Shown here piece after piece: positions 14,370 through 28,900 of a stretch of 64,000 nt of DNA. Each line of letters opens with the position of its first letter. The stretch's first letter is position 1. A model generated the notes under the pieces. The model ran no database searches, was not told where the DNA came from, and saw only the letters and a list, made by a program, of their open reading frames with translations. Position numbers and translations under genes: made by a program. Source of the DNA: Eledone cirrhosa (taxonomy: Eukaryota); contig OZ024742.1 of NCBI GenBank assembly GCA_964016885.1, positions 332,382,001-332,446,000 of the forward strand, written 5' to 3'.

Positions 14370-16373
14370 CAAAGGTTATATTTATTTTGTTGGGATTCAA
14401 CAGGTTTAACAAATTTGCTTAACTGATATAAAGCACTCAACAATTTAGTGGAGTAAATACACAATATATTAATAAATGGAAACTATATTTATAAAACCAT
14501 ATTTATTTTATTTTACATATTTCAAGGGCAACCAAGGCAAATTATGGTGCGCTTTCATCAGATAAAATACAGATTTGTTTTATAAATAAATATTGACATA
14601 CCCGGAAAAAAGACAACCTTAACGGTTGAAGCTTCCTGGAGAGTGGAGATACTACCTTTATTGAGGGTGATACAAAGTTATGAGTGAGTATGCAAATGAG
14701 TGTCCGAAATGTTGAAAAGATAGCGGTTTATTTAAATTAAACTGTTGAAGAAGATGATATGTAAGGGAGAGAGAAAAAAAGAAAAAAGAAAAGAGAAAGA
14801 TAGAAGAGGAAAGAAAGAACGATTATATATACTGATAATGAAGATAGAGTGCATGAAGAAATAAGTTTCAAAGGATAAATATACACAGCGTAAGTATATC
14901 TAAGTGAAAGAATAAATAAGATTAACGTGGAAGAATAATATTCATAATGAAGGGTTCATTACATTTTGAGTATAATACTTATAATGATAGGTTGACAAAT
15001 TAGATTAAAATTAAAAATTATAAATCAAAATTAAAGATTAAAATTTGCCTTAATATTAAAGATTTAATTTAATAATTTTATATTTGTTTCTACTTTAGGC
15101 ACAAGGCCAGCAATAACCCAGTGCATTACTGGTACTTTATTTTAATAATTAGTTTAAATGTATATGTTAAGGATTATAAATTATTTAAATAAATATATAG
15201 TATTTTACATTAGAGAAAATCTAGTATAGTTTATTTTATTAAAAGTTGTATGTCAAAATTTAAACATCCAAATAATTCTAAATCTATGAAAAATTTACGA
15301 GAGTTTACAAAGGAATAACAACTTAATTATATTATAAAAACAGTAAGGAAGTGTAAATGAAGTTAGAAATGATTTTTTTAAGATCTCAGATGACTCCAAT
15401 GATTAAATATTATAAAGTTAAAAATTTGAACATTTTTTATCTTAAGAATATAATTAAAACATGAACCATATGTTATTTTATACGAAGTCATAAATTTAAT
15501 TGCTATAAAGTTAAACAATTTATTTGCTATAAAGTTAAAAAATGTATGTTAAAAATATATTTAAAGCATAAACCATAGGTTATTCCACATATATATAAAA
15601 AAAAACTATATATAAAAATCATAAGTTTTTCCACATATATATAAACATTTGGATATATATATCAAAAACGTTTGAAAATACAAAAATTTAAAAATATTGG
15701 AAGGTATGAAAATAATGGTTTTTCTATCTTTCATAGGAATTTTCAAAAGATTTTTCCTAAAACCTTCCGCAAGTTTTTCAAGAAAAAATTTTCTTAAAGG
15801 AGTTTCAAGCAGCCATATAAAAAAAATTGTATAATCTATCGATAGGTGTAATAATATAAAGTATATATTATATATATGTGATGTAGAGATAATAGAAAGT
15901 AAATTACATATATATGAATCATATATAGATATAGAAAACATTATGTAGAGGAGATACATCATATATTACATTTTATATAAATATTTAAAAGTTGAGTTTA
16001 AACGATGTTTACAGGAACTAAATAAATTATTTCGCAAATTAATAGAGTTCTTACTTTTTAGTATAAAGAATATTTCTTCAACGCAAGGTGAGCAATTTTG
16101 GGATAAAGCAGTGTATGAAGGAGCTTTGGAAATAAGCTTTGCATACTCACTCATAACTTTGTATCACCCTCAATAAATATACTATCTCCACTATCCAGGA
16201 AGGTCCAACCGTTAAGGTTGTCATTTTTCCGGGTATGTCAATATTTATTTATAAAACAAATCTGTATTTTATCTGATGAAAGAGCACCATAATTTGCCTT
16301 GGTTGCCCTTGAAATATGTATAATAAAATATATATGGTTTTATAAATATAGTCTCCATTTATTAATATATTGT
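14369..16373 (-). mobile_element. 5'-truncated Hydra-like PLE (family F') with inverted pLTR and long AT-rich 3'UTR
   Basis: 14461-14697 is inverted to 16138-16373; tail 14369-14460. EN C-terminus on minus at 15966-16140 (KAPSY..CSPCVEE..INLRNNLFSSCKH). Confidence 0.85.
16267..16328 (+). ncRNA. Type I hammerhead ribozyme, family F'
   Basis: TTTTAT-CTGATGA-stem II-GAAA-TATGTA-TA-ATAAAA. Copies at 14506-14567 (minus, cleavage U mutated) and in both arms of 40221-40623. Confidence 0.8.
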
Positions 16374-16418
16374 ACATATATATATATATATATGTGTTTG
16401 TGTATTTATGTGTGTGCG

Positions 16419-16512
<94 letters not shown>

Positions 16513-16515
<3 letters not shown>

Positions 16516-19368
16516 TTGCGAAGTTTTTGATATGAAATCGTGTGTCGAAACAAATATTGTTATACTTGGGGAGGGTCATAATTGTGTAATATTGCCAGAA
16601 TTAAAAACAGAACACACTCACTGTTTGGTTGATTTTCGCTTTTCGCTTCTGTGTCTTTTATATCGGTAATCTAATGTATTCTGTCCTCAATGTTGCCATT
16701 GACTGACCAACGGTAAAAAATAATACAGTTACAATATAGACACAAACACATATATCTAGTTTATCAAAGTTCTTTCATTGCACATCTGCAACATCGTCAG
16801 TGGTGCTATTGTTTCCTCCCGTTACATTGTATGTCTACGCCATCTTTATTTAGTCTGTTTATATATTTATTTATTTGTTTATTTTATTTTGTCTTCTTTG
16901 CGCATGCCTTTGCGTGTGTGTATAGTGTTTTGTTTGATGTGTGTTCGTGATTGGGTGACTGTGTATTGGTTAATGTATTCTATCTTTACTAGTGTGTGTT
17001 TATATGTGTTTGTTGTTATTGTGCTTGTGTATGTATTTATTTATTTATTTATCTATTTATTTATTTATACTTCTCTTAGCTCAGTGTTGTTTGTTTGGGT
17101 GTTGTTGTTATTCTATTCATTCTTTCTATTTAGCCTTGGCCTTCTAAGTTCTATTTCACTGGCCTCTCTGATTTGCCTATCTGCTGTCTCATTTCTATAT
17201 TTATATATTATTCTAATTTCTATGTAGTCTATGTTACCGTCGTGTTGTTGTCTGGCATGTTTGTATAGTACTGACCCGTTTTTTCATCCTTTTAGTTCCC
17301 CCCAGTTTTGCTCTATCCTTTCACCTATGCTACGAGCTGTCTCGCCTATGTATGTTGTTGTCATGTTTCTACAAGAACCCTCTGTACATCTTATGCTATA
17401 GACTACGTTTCTTGTTTTACAGTTTATCCCGGAGTTTACCTTACATATGATACATTTCCTATTAGTACAGTGGGTTTTCTTAAAAGGGTAGGTTTTGCTG
17501 ATCAGGGATTTTATGGTGGCTCCTGGCTTTTCTATCTCCTTAATCTTTAAGTGGGTCTTTCTCAGGGCCTTTCTACACTGGTTAGCTAATTTCTCTCCAG
17601 GGGTAGCGTCCACAAACATGACACTCTGGTATCTCTGGTTGTCGTTCCATGAGGTGTCTTTCCCTATCTTATGTCTAGCCCTATCTAAGCTATTCCATGA
17701 TTTGCTCCTGTATAATGGGCAAATTCCTTTCATGTCCAGTTCTATGAGGGTGTTATACTTCTCGATGGCTCCTTCGTATACTCTGACTCCGTCTCTTTGG
17801 TTGTAGCCAGAGAACTGCATGCGGTTGATGAAGTGTTGGATGTGTCTTTCCATTTCTGTTGGGTCGCACATGCGGGACACATTCTTCATCACTCGTACCA
17901 AATCTGCGATCAGAATATTAAACGTAGCACTACTGGACATTGCTGAGTTTTTGAGTATCAGGTATTTGGAGGCCACGGATTTAGCATAGTGTGAGTGGAG
18001 AATTTGGGCTCTCTCGTCTATAGTGTTAATCCAGAGTTCCGTGTCTAATACAGGTAGTCTATTGTTAGGGTGTTTGGAAGGGTAGTCGATAGTTACAGTT
18101 ATACTCTGGTGTATGGAATTAGCTATCTGCTGGATGCTTTCCATTGTGCTACGTTCTAAATCAAACTTGTCAGTGCTCTCTAGTGGGGATGTTCTTATAA
18201 CTATATTGATGTCGTCTACGTAACGAGAGTACATGATGAGGTCAATGGTGCTCTCATGAAGGAGATCTTTAAGTCTCATTTCCCACCATGACATAAAAAG
18301 GCTGGCAACATCACCAGCTCTGCTGACGCCAATGGCTGCTTCCTCATTTTGGGTGTAGATCTTCTATTTCAACTTGAATAGGTGGCCCTTTAGGGTAGTT
18401 TTGATACTAGCCCCTATTGCATGTGCGACCATTTTTCTCACCTGATCATTGTTTTGGGGGATCCGTATAGCTTTGGTCCACCCAATCCAGCTTCCCATGG
18501 CTGTCTTTTTAGCCATTGAGGTTATGGTGGGGTGTCTACCTCTTATGGGTCTACTAGGGCAGAAACGTGACAACATACATAGGCGAAACAGCTCGTAGCA
18601 TAGGTGAAAGGATAGACCAAAACTGGGTGGAACTAAAAGGACGAAAAAACGGGTCAGTACTAAACCAACATGCCAGACAACAACACGACGGTAACATAGA
18701 CAACATAGAAATTAGAATAATATCTAAACATAGAAATGAAACAACAGATAGGCAAATCAGAGAGGCCAGTGAAATAGAACTTAGAAGGCCAAGGCTAAAC
18801 AGTAAAAATGGATAGAATAACAACACCCAAACAAACAACACTGAGCTAAGAGAAGTATAAATAAATAAATAGATAAATAAATAAATAAATACATACACAA
18901 GAACAATAACAACAAACGCATATAAACACACACTAGTAAAGATAGAATACATTAACCAATACACAGTCACCCAATCACGAACACACAGCAAACAAAACAC
19001 TATACACACGCAAACGCATGCGCAAAGAAGACAAAATAAAATAAACAAATAAATAAATATATAAACAGACTAAATAAAGATGGCGTAGAAAATACAATGT
19101 AACGGGAGGAAACAATAGCACCACTGACGATGTTGCAGATGTGCAACGAAAGAACTTTGATAAACTATATATATATGTGTTTGTGTCTATATTGTATCTG
19201 TATTATTGTTTACCGTTGGTCAGTCAATGGCAACATTGAGGACAGAATACATTAGATTACCGATATAAAAGACACAGAAGCGAAAAGCGAAAACCAACCA
19301 AACAGTGAGAGTGTTCTGTTATTAATTCTGGCAATATTACACAAATATGACCCTCCCCAAGTATAACA

Positions 19369-19370
<2 letters not shown>
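16513..19370 (-). mobile_element. Neptune-like PLE, 5'-truncated, with ~800 bp inverted arm
   Basis: 16556-17370 is inverted to 18559-19370; tail 16513-16555; (TA)n flanks; same family as 51104-53557. Confidence 0.9.
17115..18566 (-). pseudogene. PLE RT (YSRYVDD), Cys linker (CTNRKCIIC..CKTRNVVY) and GIY-YIG (YIGETARS)
   Basis: ORF track 17284-18294 and 18364-18576, plus the EN end on minus in another frame. Confidence 0.9.
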
Positions 19371-19407
<37 letters not shown>

Positions 19408-19509
19408 CGTATGTATGCGTGTGTCTATTTGTGTATGTATGTGTGTGCATGTACGTGTGTGTGTATACATATGTGTATTTTTGTGTATATATATATATAT
19501 ATGTATATT

Positions 19510-20066
<557 letters not shown>

Positions 20067-20102
20067 TATATATGTGTTTGTGTATTTGTGTGTATGTGTG
20101 TG

Positions 20103-20153
<51 letters not shown>

Positions 20154-20454
20154 ATGTATATGTGTGTGTGTGTGTATGCAGGTGTGTTTATCTACTTTTA
20201 TATTTATTCTTTTTCCTTTGCTCCTTCCTTTTCCAGCCTCTCTTTCATATAGATTATATTTTTGTTTTTAAAATCCACTTTCAATAAATACACCACGATT
20301 TTTTCATTCTGATGAGTGAAACCAAATTTTGCTTGCTTTCAAGAAACTACTGGTAAATGAAATAATTATCTCATGTTGTTTATTACATAACTAATAAGAT
20401 CTGTAACCTACATAGAGCACTCTTTTTTCCTGGACCTTTCCGACGGAATTAGTT

Positions 20455-20491
<37 letters not shown>

Positions 20492-20493
<2 letters not shown>

Positions 20494-20760
20494 TAATAAT
20501 AATAAATTTCAAGACTAAAATCCAAAGAGTGCTCGATAAGGATAAATATATATCAAATATATATGAACCGTAGAGCAAATATTTATTAAAATAACAGATT
20601 AAAGTTTAAGCAAACAATCGATGCTTTCCCCCTTAACGGGGTCTTCCGAAACTAACAAAGTCAATCTGTAAACGCAGAATTGACTTTGTTAGTTTCAGAA
20701 GATCGCGTTAAGGGTGAAAGCAGCGATTCTTTGCTTAAACTTTTAATCTGTTATTTTAAT
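20492..20760 (-). mobile_element. Family A hairpin + tail
   Basis: About 20586-20665 mirrors about 20680-20760; tail 20492-20585. Confidence 0.8.
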
Positions 20761-20839
20761 ATATATATATATATATAATATATATTATATATATATTATA
20801 TGATATATATATATATATATAATATATATAATATATAAG

Positions 20840-22052
20840 AACAATGGTATGTTTGTTTGTTTGTAAACAAACAAACCGAGCATTATAAACAAACAAACAG
20901 CCCGAGTTACGCCGTACAGTGTTTTGAAACTAGTACATCGTTCCTGTGTCAGTGTTGAACAAAAAGGTAACGTCGCTGCCTAAACACTGTACGGCGTAAT
21001 TCGGGATGTTTGTTTACAAACAAACCGAACATTATAATAAATGTTCGGTAATCCGATACGTGTGTAGTGACCTACATTCCGCGGGCTCACATACATTCTC
21101 TGTGCGTGATTTGGCTCAGTTCAGCCAATCAGCGCCAGCAGAAGAGGATGTATCCCTACGCGTCCTGAGAGAGAAATTACCCGCGAAGATTTGAAGAAAA
21201 TCTCTCTCTCGCACCTGGGACTTCGAACCAGCAACACGTACATGTGACGGTGAGATTTTGCACCTTAGCCTGCCGACTTTCCGGCGCAATGACACATTCC
21301 CTTTTGTAACCTCATTTTTATGTGTAACTTCAACCATACAAGTTAACCAACATTATTTGTGCTACAACAAAAATAAACATACATTTCATCTCTAATTTCT
21401 GCTGTTGACATCATTATTATGTTACTCGTGTCTCAATAACATTTAATTTACCATGCTGATTATTTGGCGACCGGCTCTCGGTCAGTTCACTCACGAGTAA
21501 GTTTGTTAACCTTATTATATCTGTATCGAATTTAATTATTGGTTGGCCGGCAGTGGCGTTTACCAAAGTAAATAACCCTGTGGCCAATTCCCTAAACGTG
21601 CATATATATATGTGTGTATGTATGGATATCTATATACATACTACTGTACGTCTGTATACATATATGTATGTACGTATACATACATACATACATACATACT
21701 TACATTTAAGTAACTGCCGTACTAAGAGTGAGAAATAAAATTTCGTTTCATTCTATTCCTTTTATCATTTTCGGTGCGCCCGCCGACTAAATTCACTCGA
21801 TATGCAAATTAGGCTGCTTAGCCGTTAATATGCATAAGGAAAGTATATACTTTCAGACGTTCAACCCTCTGGCAAGAAGGTATACGATGCTGACGATAGC
21901 TAATAAGCTTGAAACTAGTACATCGTTCCTGTGTAAGTGTTGAACAAAAAGGTGACGTGGTTGCCTAAACACTGTACTGCGTAATTCGGACTGTTTGTTT
22001 GTTTGTTTACAAACAAACCAAGCATTATAATAAATGTTCGGTAAACCAATAC

Positions 22053-22055
<3 letters not shown>
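20840..22055 (+). mobile_element. Non-autonomous PLE/retrozyme-like element, family M, with direct pLTRs and an inverted arm
   Basis: 20924-21062 is a direct repeat of 21909-22055; about 20885-20923 is inverted to about 20981-21015; no coding body. Confidence 0.75.
21885..21925 (+). ncRNA. Minimal type I hammerhead ribozyme, family M
   Basis: CGATG-CTGACGA-t AGCT aata AGCT t-GAAA-CTAG-TA-CATCG. Confidence 0.9.
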
Positions 22056-22089
<34 letters not shown>

Positions 22090-22092
<3 letters not shown>

Positions 22093-22284
22093 TTAATATA
22101 GATGAGATTCTACAGGACTAGAACTGTTTCATTCTTTAGAAATCATCAGGAGATTCCTGATGATTTCTAAAGAATGAAACACTTCTAGTCCTGTAGAATC
22201 TCATCTATATTAAAACTTTTATACTCTGCAATGTATTGAGTACCTTACTTACTGTCGTTACCTCCGATTCAACCCGGAATAACG
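22090..22284 (+). mobile_element. Family E hairpin + tail with HHR (22152-22200 and its mirror)
   Basis: GATTC-CTGATGA-t TTCT aa AGAA t-GAAA-CA(G) ttctagtc CTG-TA-GAATC; arms 22090-22151 and 22155-22216. Copy at 38835-39031. Confidence 0.85.
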
Positions 22285-22389
22285 TATATATATATATATA
22301 TATGTGCGTGTATGTATATATATATATATATATACTACTGTACGTCTGTATACATATATGTATGTACGCATACATACATATATACTTAC

Positions 22390-22446
<57 letters not shown>

Positions 22447-22450
<4 letters not shown>

Positions 22451-23822
22451 CAAAATATAAATAAATGGATACATTCACATTATATGAATATATGTTTTAT
22501 TATATACTACCATTAAAACTCGGCGTTGGTCGGGGTCAGTAAGTTACCAAAATTAGGTTGCACCACCCATTTTATGGCAGAACATTTTTGTCTGCCAGGC
22601 ACTGGGTGAATGAATTGCGGACCTGGACTGCCGAAGCAGGAGCTGCACCAGCAGTGACAATTGTAGTTTCGCCTATGGATATTATCTCTGTGCAAAGAAG
22701 TGTTGAAATGTATTGTTTCACAGTACTTGTGCAACACGCGCGTAGACGATGCCAGCCGAACAACAGAGCTGCGAGTGAGTTGTTCTGCATGGTTGTCTAA
22801 TTCGTGTTTTCTAAATTTAAGACAGTAGGGAGTGGTGTGATATTGCGAGAGGTAGCTGCTGTTTCTAGCAGGTTTAGTGACCTCATAGAGGATATGTTTT
22901 CTAAATTTAAGACAGTAGGGAGTGGTGTGATATGGGGAGAGTTAGCTGCTGTTTCTAGCACGTTTAGTGACCTCATAGAGGATATGTTTTCTAAATTTAA
23001 GACATTAGGGAGTGGTGTCATATGGGGGGGAGAGTTAGCTGCTGTTTCTAGCAGGTTTAGTGATCTCATGGGGATATTATTGTGTATAGTAAATGAACTG
23101 ATACTTCTTTCTTCCACATTCGTTGATTAGATGTTTTTAAAAAGATCTATCGGTATTTTTTTTGTTGTTGAATAAATTTATCTCTTGCTTTTGAATAATT
23201 GTTGTTTCGTATGAAATGTAATAAGTTCTCTTTGTCATTGAAGTAAATAAATGTTTGACAGTTCCACACTCAAAATCAAACGTTCCGTCACTCTCTTTCT
23301 GTCTCTCTTAAAGTTTGTAAGTTTAATCGTATATAAGAGAAATTTGCAGCGTGTATGTAGTTTTATCGACTTTTATGGGGTCAGAGAGAGTCAATCAGAT
23401 TGTATTAGAGGGGTAAAGCGTCATGTATTTAGTTTTATTGATTAAATCCGTAATTGTCGGTGAGTTTGAATGAAATAAATAGTCGTTGAACTAAATATTA
23501 CCATTCACAACATTCTTACAGATTTTCAGTCGAATCGGTTTGAAATTGTGCAAATGTATAAACATGGAACATGCACACACACACAACAACAATCTGCCTT
23601 TTATAGATAATGATATTTTGGAGGTACTGTGCTGTTTTTTCAGTACCTCTGAAATATATATCATAAAACATATATTTTGATTATGTGAATGTATCCATTT
23701 ATTAATATTTTGAGTAATATTAATAACTCCAGAAAATGTCACTGTTGAGTGCTTTTAATCTATTGTAAAACTGTATTCATTGAATAATCAATGAACCTTG
23801 TTTAACATTTGGTTATATTTGT
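22447..23822 (+). mobile_element. PLE-like element (family Q) with inverted arm, F-like pLTR/tail and a non-PLE-looking interior
   Basis: 22447-22507 is inverted to about 23655-23715; GGAGGTACTG/CAGTACCTCT stem followed by GAAA TATATA TC ATAAAA; tail with TTGAGTGCTTTT. Confidence 0.6.
22805..23077. repeat. 3x ~90 bp minisatellite
   Basis: TGTTTTCTAAATTTAAGAC at 22805, 22895 and 22985; the third unit is 93 bp. Confidence 0.9.
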
Positions 23823-24060
23823 ATATATATAATCTAGCTGTCGTCTGTTCTACAGCGTAGACGTAATTCACTTCGCGCAGAAGTTTTGTTCCAATTTATT
23901 GCGGAAATTGTGTAAGTTTAATTTTAATTTTGATACTATTGTGTAGCTTGACCCCCCGTCTGAACTGTCAGGCGGTGGGTAAGCTCATCTTCGCCCCTCC
24001 CAGGGGTGAAAAACCTATTTTAAAACATTTTGTGGCATAAATTTCAATCGTCTGGCAGAA

Positions 24061-25966
24061 ATGTTAAATGAAGCTAACGAAAATAGTGGTGGGGGGACAG
24101 CGGTAGGAGTGGTAAGCTCGTACGCCTTAGTCCCCCCTTCCTTCCCAACTAACGTCATAGAGAAGGAAATAAAAAATAAAATAAAAACAGACGAATGTGC
24201 GGAGAAAAATGACGAAAACACAAATCGGGAGATTGATTCCAACAACAAAGAAAATTTGAAAGAATTGCACAGACAATATTAATACCACAAACAAAGAAAC
24301 AACAAACACAAAAATAACATTTGAAAACAACATCGTAACAGAAAGCAAAGCAGACGACAAAGTCAACACCAATAATATTTCATTTGCACAAACAACAAAG
24401 AAATCTTTAACATATATACCTGAAAATATTTCAGATGTGGCACAAAGAATAAAAAACGCCAAACAATACATAACTCAAGAGGAAAATGGAACCTTATCGG
24501 TAAAAATGCCCCAACAACTCACCAAAGATATTGAATGTCGGACGGTCGTTTTCCGCACCATCAACAACATCTCAAAAAAACCTCAACAACCAACACAAGC
24601 AGCCATTAAAGCAGTACTTACAGAAGTACTTAATGAAGCCACTTTCATAAGAAGAGACAGACTGTATGGAAGCCTAGCGATTATTATGAAGAACGAATCA
24701 GCGGCAAAAAAATATGCTTTGTCGCCGATTCGTTCGACAAATTTTACCTTTTATCCATCTTATATGGGTAAAAGAACTCAGCGCATATGGCTGGATGCGA
24801 TGATGCCAGATGTGGACTACTGCTGGCTCATAGCTGGCTTCATCGATCCAGCGAATGACAACGTGATTTCCATTGGGAAAACCACAGGCAATGCGTTCAG
24901 TGGAACAGGTATAGAACTTGTAGTGCAAATGAAGCCTGAATGCATTGCCCAAATACCCGACAGCATCCTATTAGAGGGCCACGGGTATATAAAAATTAGC
25001 GTGGGGGGGGGGGAGAAGGCCGTCCTGTCATATCTGTGCAGGAAGAGGGCACCTGAAGGCGGCTTGTCCCCAACTCAACAAGAAGAAAACCCTGCTACCA
25101 AAACCAGCTCCACCACCACCACAACAGATAAACAAACAACAAAACTCAGTCCCACCCAACCCGTCCCTCAGTAAAACTACACCACCACCAAAACACAAAC
25201 AGACAAAACACATTACCCAAAAACAAAACACAGTCCCACCCAACCCCTCACTCAATAAAACAACACAACCACCACAGCCACAACACAGAACACAGTCTAA
25301 CGTAGTGAGATCCATCTCCCCCACAAAGAAAACCAACACGGAAACATTACCAGCAAACACCTCTTCCCTCCAACACTGAAGATAACCCAACGAATTCGGA
25401 GGAAGAAACGGAGTCCTTCAGACAGATTAAAGGAAAAAAAGAAAACATGTGCAAAACACACAAGGACAAACAACCCCTACCCAAATGTCAACACAATCCA
25501 ACAAAAATAAAACACCCCTCCAGCAACAAACAAAACCAAACCTGCCCCTCCCCTCTTCGAATCACTCACACAATCCGAAAAAAAGACATTATACTATACT
25601 TACATCAACAGAAACAATAATAAATTAAATGAACACTTAAACAATAACCCTTCGGTACAAACCGAAGGGGTAAACTTTGTTTCTTCAGAAAACTACCCAC
25701 ATTTAAAATTAATAAAGATCCCAATGAACCTCTACCAAAAACTAAAAAAGGATTTTAAGGAGGACGTAGGACCACCCTCCGTCAAACCCATAAACCGCGT
25801 CCTCCTAAAAAGCTTTCCCCCTCCCCTTCCCCTCCCCAACACAACTCCAAACACCCCAACCCCACCACATACTGACGACCCCACACCACCACAAGACACC
25901 CCTTCACCCAACACGCCCGACCCCATGGAAGTCGTGCGACTCGAACCCCGGGAAGCAGAAAGGTAG
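24061..25966 (+). pseudogene. LINE ORF1 (gag-like; CX2CX4HX4C knuckle), frameshifted
   Basis: 25026-25067 reads CHICAGRGHLKAAC after a G-run frameshift; SFAQTTK motif; Pro/Thr-rich C-terminus ending just before the ORF2 ATG. Confidence 0.75.
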
Positions 25967-25999
25967 GTCTCTACACTCTCCTTTGGATTTGCCGCCCAC

Positions 26000-28900
26000 A
26001 TGGATGTGTTAAGAGTAGGATGTTTGAATGCACGTGGCCTGGGCTCAACTTGGAAGCAAGCAAAGCTTCTAAATAACCTCAGGTCACGTGGTATAAATGT
26101 AATGGTTATCTGTGAGACTCGGATCAGGGTCGTGCGGCAGCTGGCCCCTACCTTCGATGACTTTGAGGTGCATGCATCTCTGTCAACCTGGAGGTGGGGG
26201 TGGGGTTGTCGTACTGCTGGAAAAACACCTGGGTCTCGCCGTACAGGTTGTTCACTCGGACCCGGAAGGTCGTTTGTTGGTGCTAGACGTTGGCAGTAGT
26301 GAAGGTGCGGCCTTGAGACTGGTCGCCGTCTACTCCCCTTTCGGAACTGAACGAACCCGACTTCTTCCAGCGTCTAGAGACTTTTCTGGGAACGTCGCGT
26401 TCCCTGCTTCTAGCGGGGGGTTGGAATGACATCCTAGATGCACGTTGGGACTATGCAGGAGCATGTCCTAATAGAGGGTGGTGTAACAGCCACATGGGGT
26501 TACTCGACCGTTTTAACTTGGTCGATAGATATCGACTAGATTTTCCAACTGTGCCAACCTGGACTTGGTCGAACCATCGTGGTCAATTTAGATCGTACTT
26601 AAATAGTTTCTTAGTTAGAAGTAAGGATAGAGACATATTAAGCTGTCCAGAAATGCTCACGGTTGGCTATACAGATCACAAATTAGTGACCTGCGTAGTC
26701 AATCTCGAGAAAACATATAGACAGGGTCCCGGTTACTGGAAACTTAATTTGTCTTTACCGGCAAAAGAGAGTTACAGAAACCGGATTAGCAGATTAGTTA
26801 AGGAGAGGTTGACGGGTGCAATCGTCAACAACCGATGGTGGGCATCTCTCAAAAGAGAGATGAGAACGGAATCAATAAGTTATAGCAAGATGTTAGCTGC
26901 CGATAGGAATAGGAACGAGAAAGAATTAACAGGTAAATTAGAAGAGGCAATCAAGAGCGAAGATGTGGCCAGAGTGCTGGCATCGAGGACGGCCTTGAAC
27001 CAGTTTTTCGATGCAAAGCACAAAGGCTGCGTCATTCGAAGTAAAATACGTGCTCTAGGTAATGAGGAGGCCAAAGCCGTTGGCAGGGCCCGCGTGACAG
27101 AAGCGAAGAGTGGAAATCGATCCACCATCCGGTCTTTGCAAGACGAGGATGGACGGGTGATCCGGGAGCCTAAGCAGATGTGCGCGGCCTTTCAAAAGTA
27201 CTTTGCCCGATTGTTAGGGGGAGGCGAGGGTCCGGGCGGGGACGTGGATTTCGGTCCATACCTCGACGGCCTGCCGCGTCTCTCGAGCGAAGAGGCCGAG
27301 TCCTGCGAGGGACCAATCTCGGCTGATGAGATCGGGGATGCGCTGAGCCAATGCAGCAGACGCAAATCTCCAGGTCTCGATGGTATACCTTACGAACTTT
27401 ATTTAGCAATGCCAGTCTTCTTCTCCGAACTCCTCGAAGCAGTCTACTGCAATTGGCAGCAGAACGGGAGAATTCCTTGTTCTGTAGCCAAGGGCGTAGT
27501 CTCGCTGGTGAGGAAGGACGAGAACAAGGGGGATAGTATAAATCATTTTCGGCCCATAACCCTGCTAAACACAGAGTTAAAGATTTTGGCCAAGGTGTTA
27601 GCAAAGAGGTTGGCGCTTGTCGTGGGTGGCCTGGTGGGAGATGCGCAGACATATGCTATCCCATCCAGGTCCATTCACGACAACCTCCACCTCATGCGAT
27701 ACATCATAGAGAGGGTTGGCAACAAACCCGGCTTCGGTGGGGCCCTGATCAACTTGGATCAGTCTAAGGCGTTCGATAGGGTCGACCATGGTTACCTGGA
27801 TGCGGTGCTAGCGGCGGCTGGGTTCGGTCCTGTTTTCAAAGGCTGGATCACTGCCTTACATAGCAACCACATCTGTTCTAGGATCAAGGTGAACGGCTAC
27901 CTTTCGAAGCCGTTCGAAATCACACGATCCATTCGACAGGGGTGCCCTCTCTCCTCCCTTCTGTACGTATTGACTATCGAGCCTTTACTGACGAAGTTGG
28001 AGTTGTTTTAGGGTATCCCCCTGGAACCAGGATTGAGCAAAGCGGTGTCGGCCTACGCCGATGACGTAACAGTAATGGTATCGACCGACTCGGAGATCGA
28101 AGCGATCGGTAACTTACTGGAGGAATACGAAAGGTTGTCAGGAGCGAAACTGAACCGGGAAAAATCCATCGGACTGCAACTCGGAACGTTGAGAGGCAGA
28201 CCGATGCCTCCCGACGGTGTCGTCGGACACTGGACGAAGGGCCCGGTGAAGTTGCTTGGGGTCTGGTTTGGACCGGACCTCCAGGTGGAAAAGAACTGGG
28301 GCGAGGTTACGAACAAGGTGTTTGCACTAACCCAGAAATGGGCCAAGTGTAAGCTGTCCCTAAAAGGTCGGGCGGAGGTGGCGAACATTTACATAGCGTC
28401 CGTCACTTACTACCGCCTGACTGTCGTGCCTTGCCCTAAGGAAACACTCACCACCATGGAACGCATGCTCTTTCAATTTCTTTGGAAGAAGCGCCCTCCT
28501 ATGGTGAGAAGATCCATCTGCTGCCAACAACCTTCGAAAGGAGGGCTGGGGATGCCGTGGTTGATGATGCGTAGGCACGCATTAAGGCTACGGCACCTAC
28601 AGGTATTCCTCACTGGTCAACCGGTGTGGGCTCCGTTCGTGAAACGAGCCTTTCCGAGACTCGTCTCGCTCAACGAGCTGCAGTCGTGTGTCAAGCAAAA
28701 ATCCGGAAAACTGGGAGACTGGCACACTGAGTGTGCCCAGGCGCTCAGGGCTCTCTGGCAAGCGGACCCGGCCATCGGTGGAGAATCCACCTCGTCATTC
28801 TATAGAGGGCGTGGCTAGCAGCGTCGATGACACCCTTGGAGAGTCGCTGGACATGGAAGAGGACGAGCTGGCCAGCCTGTTCGGTAGGACTTTCGGCCCG

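Noticed and set aside
16778-19048. Membrane-protein-like ORFs 16778-17227, 18554-19048 and 52662-53288
   Set aside because: Antisense of the A/C-rich PLE 3'UTR.
22805-23077. CRISPR-like array
   Set aside because: Contiguous tandem units without unique spacers, in eukaryotic DNA.
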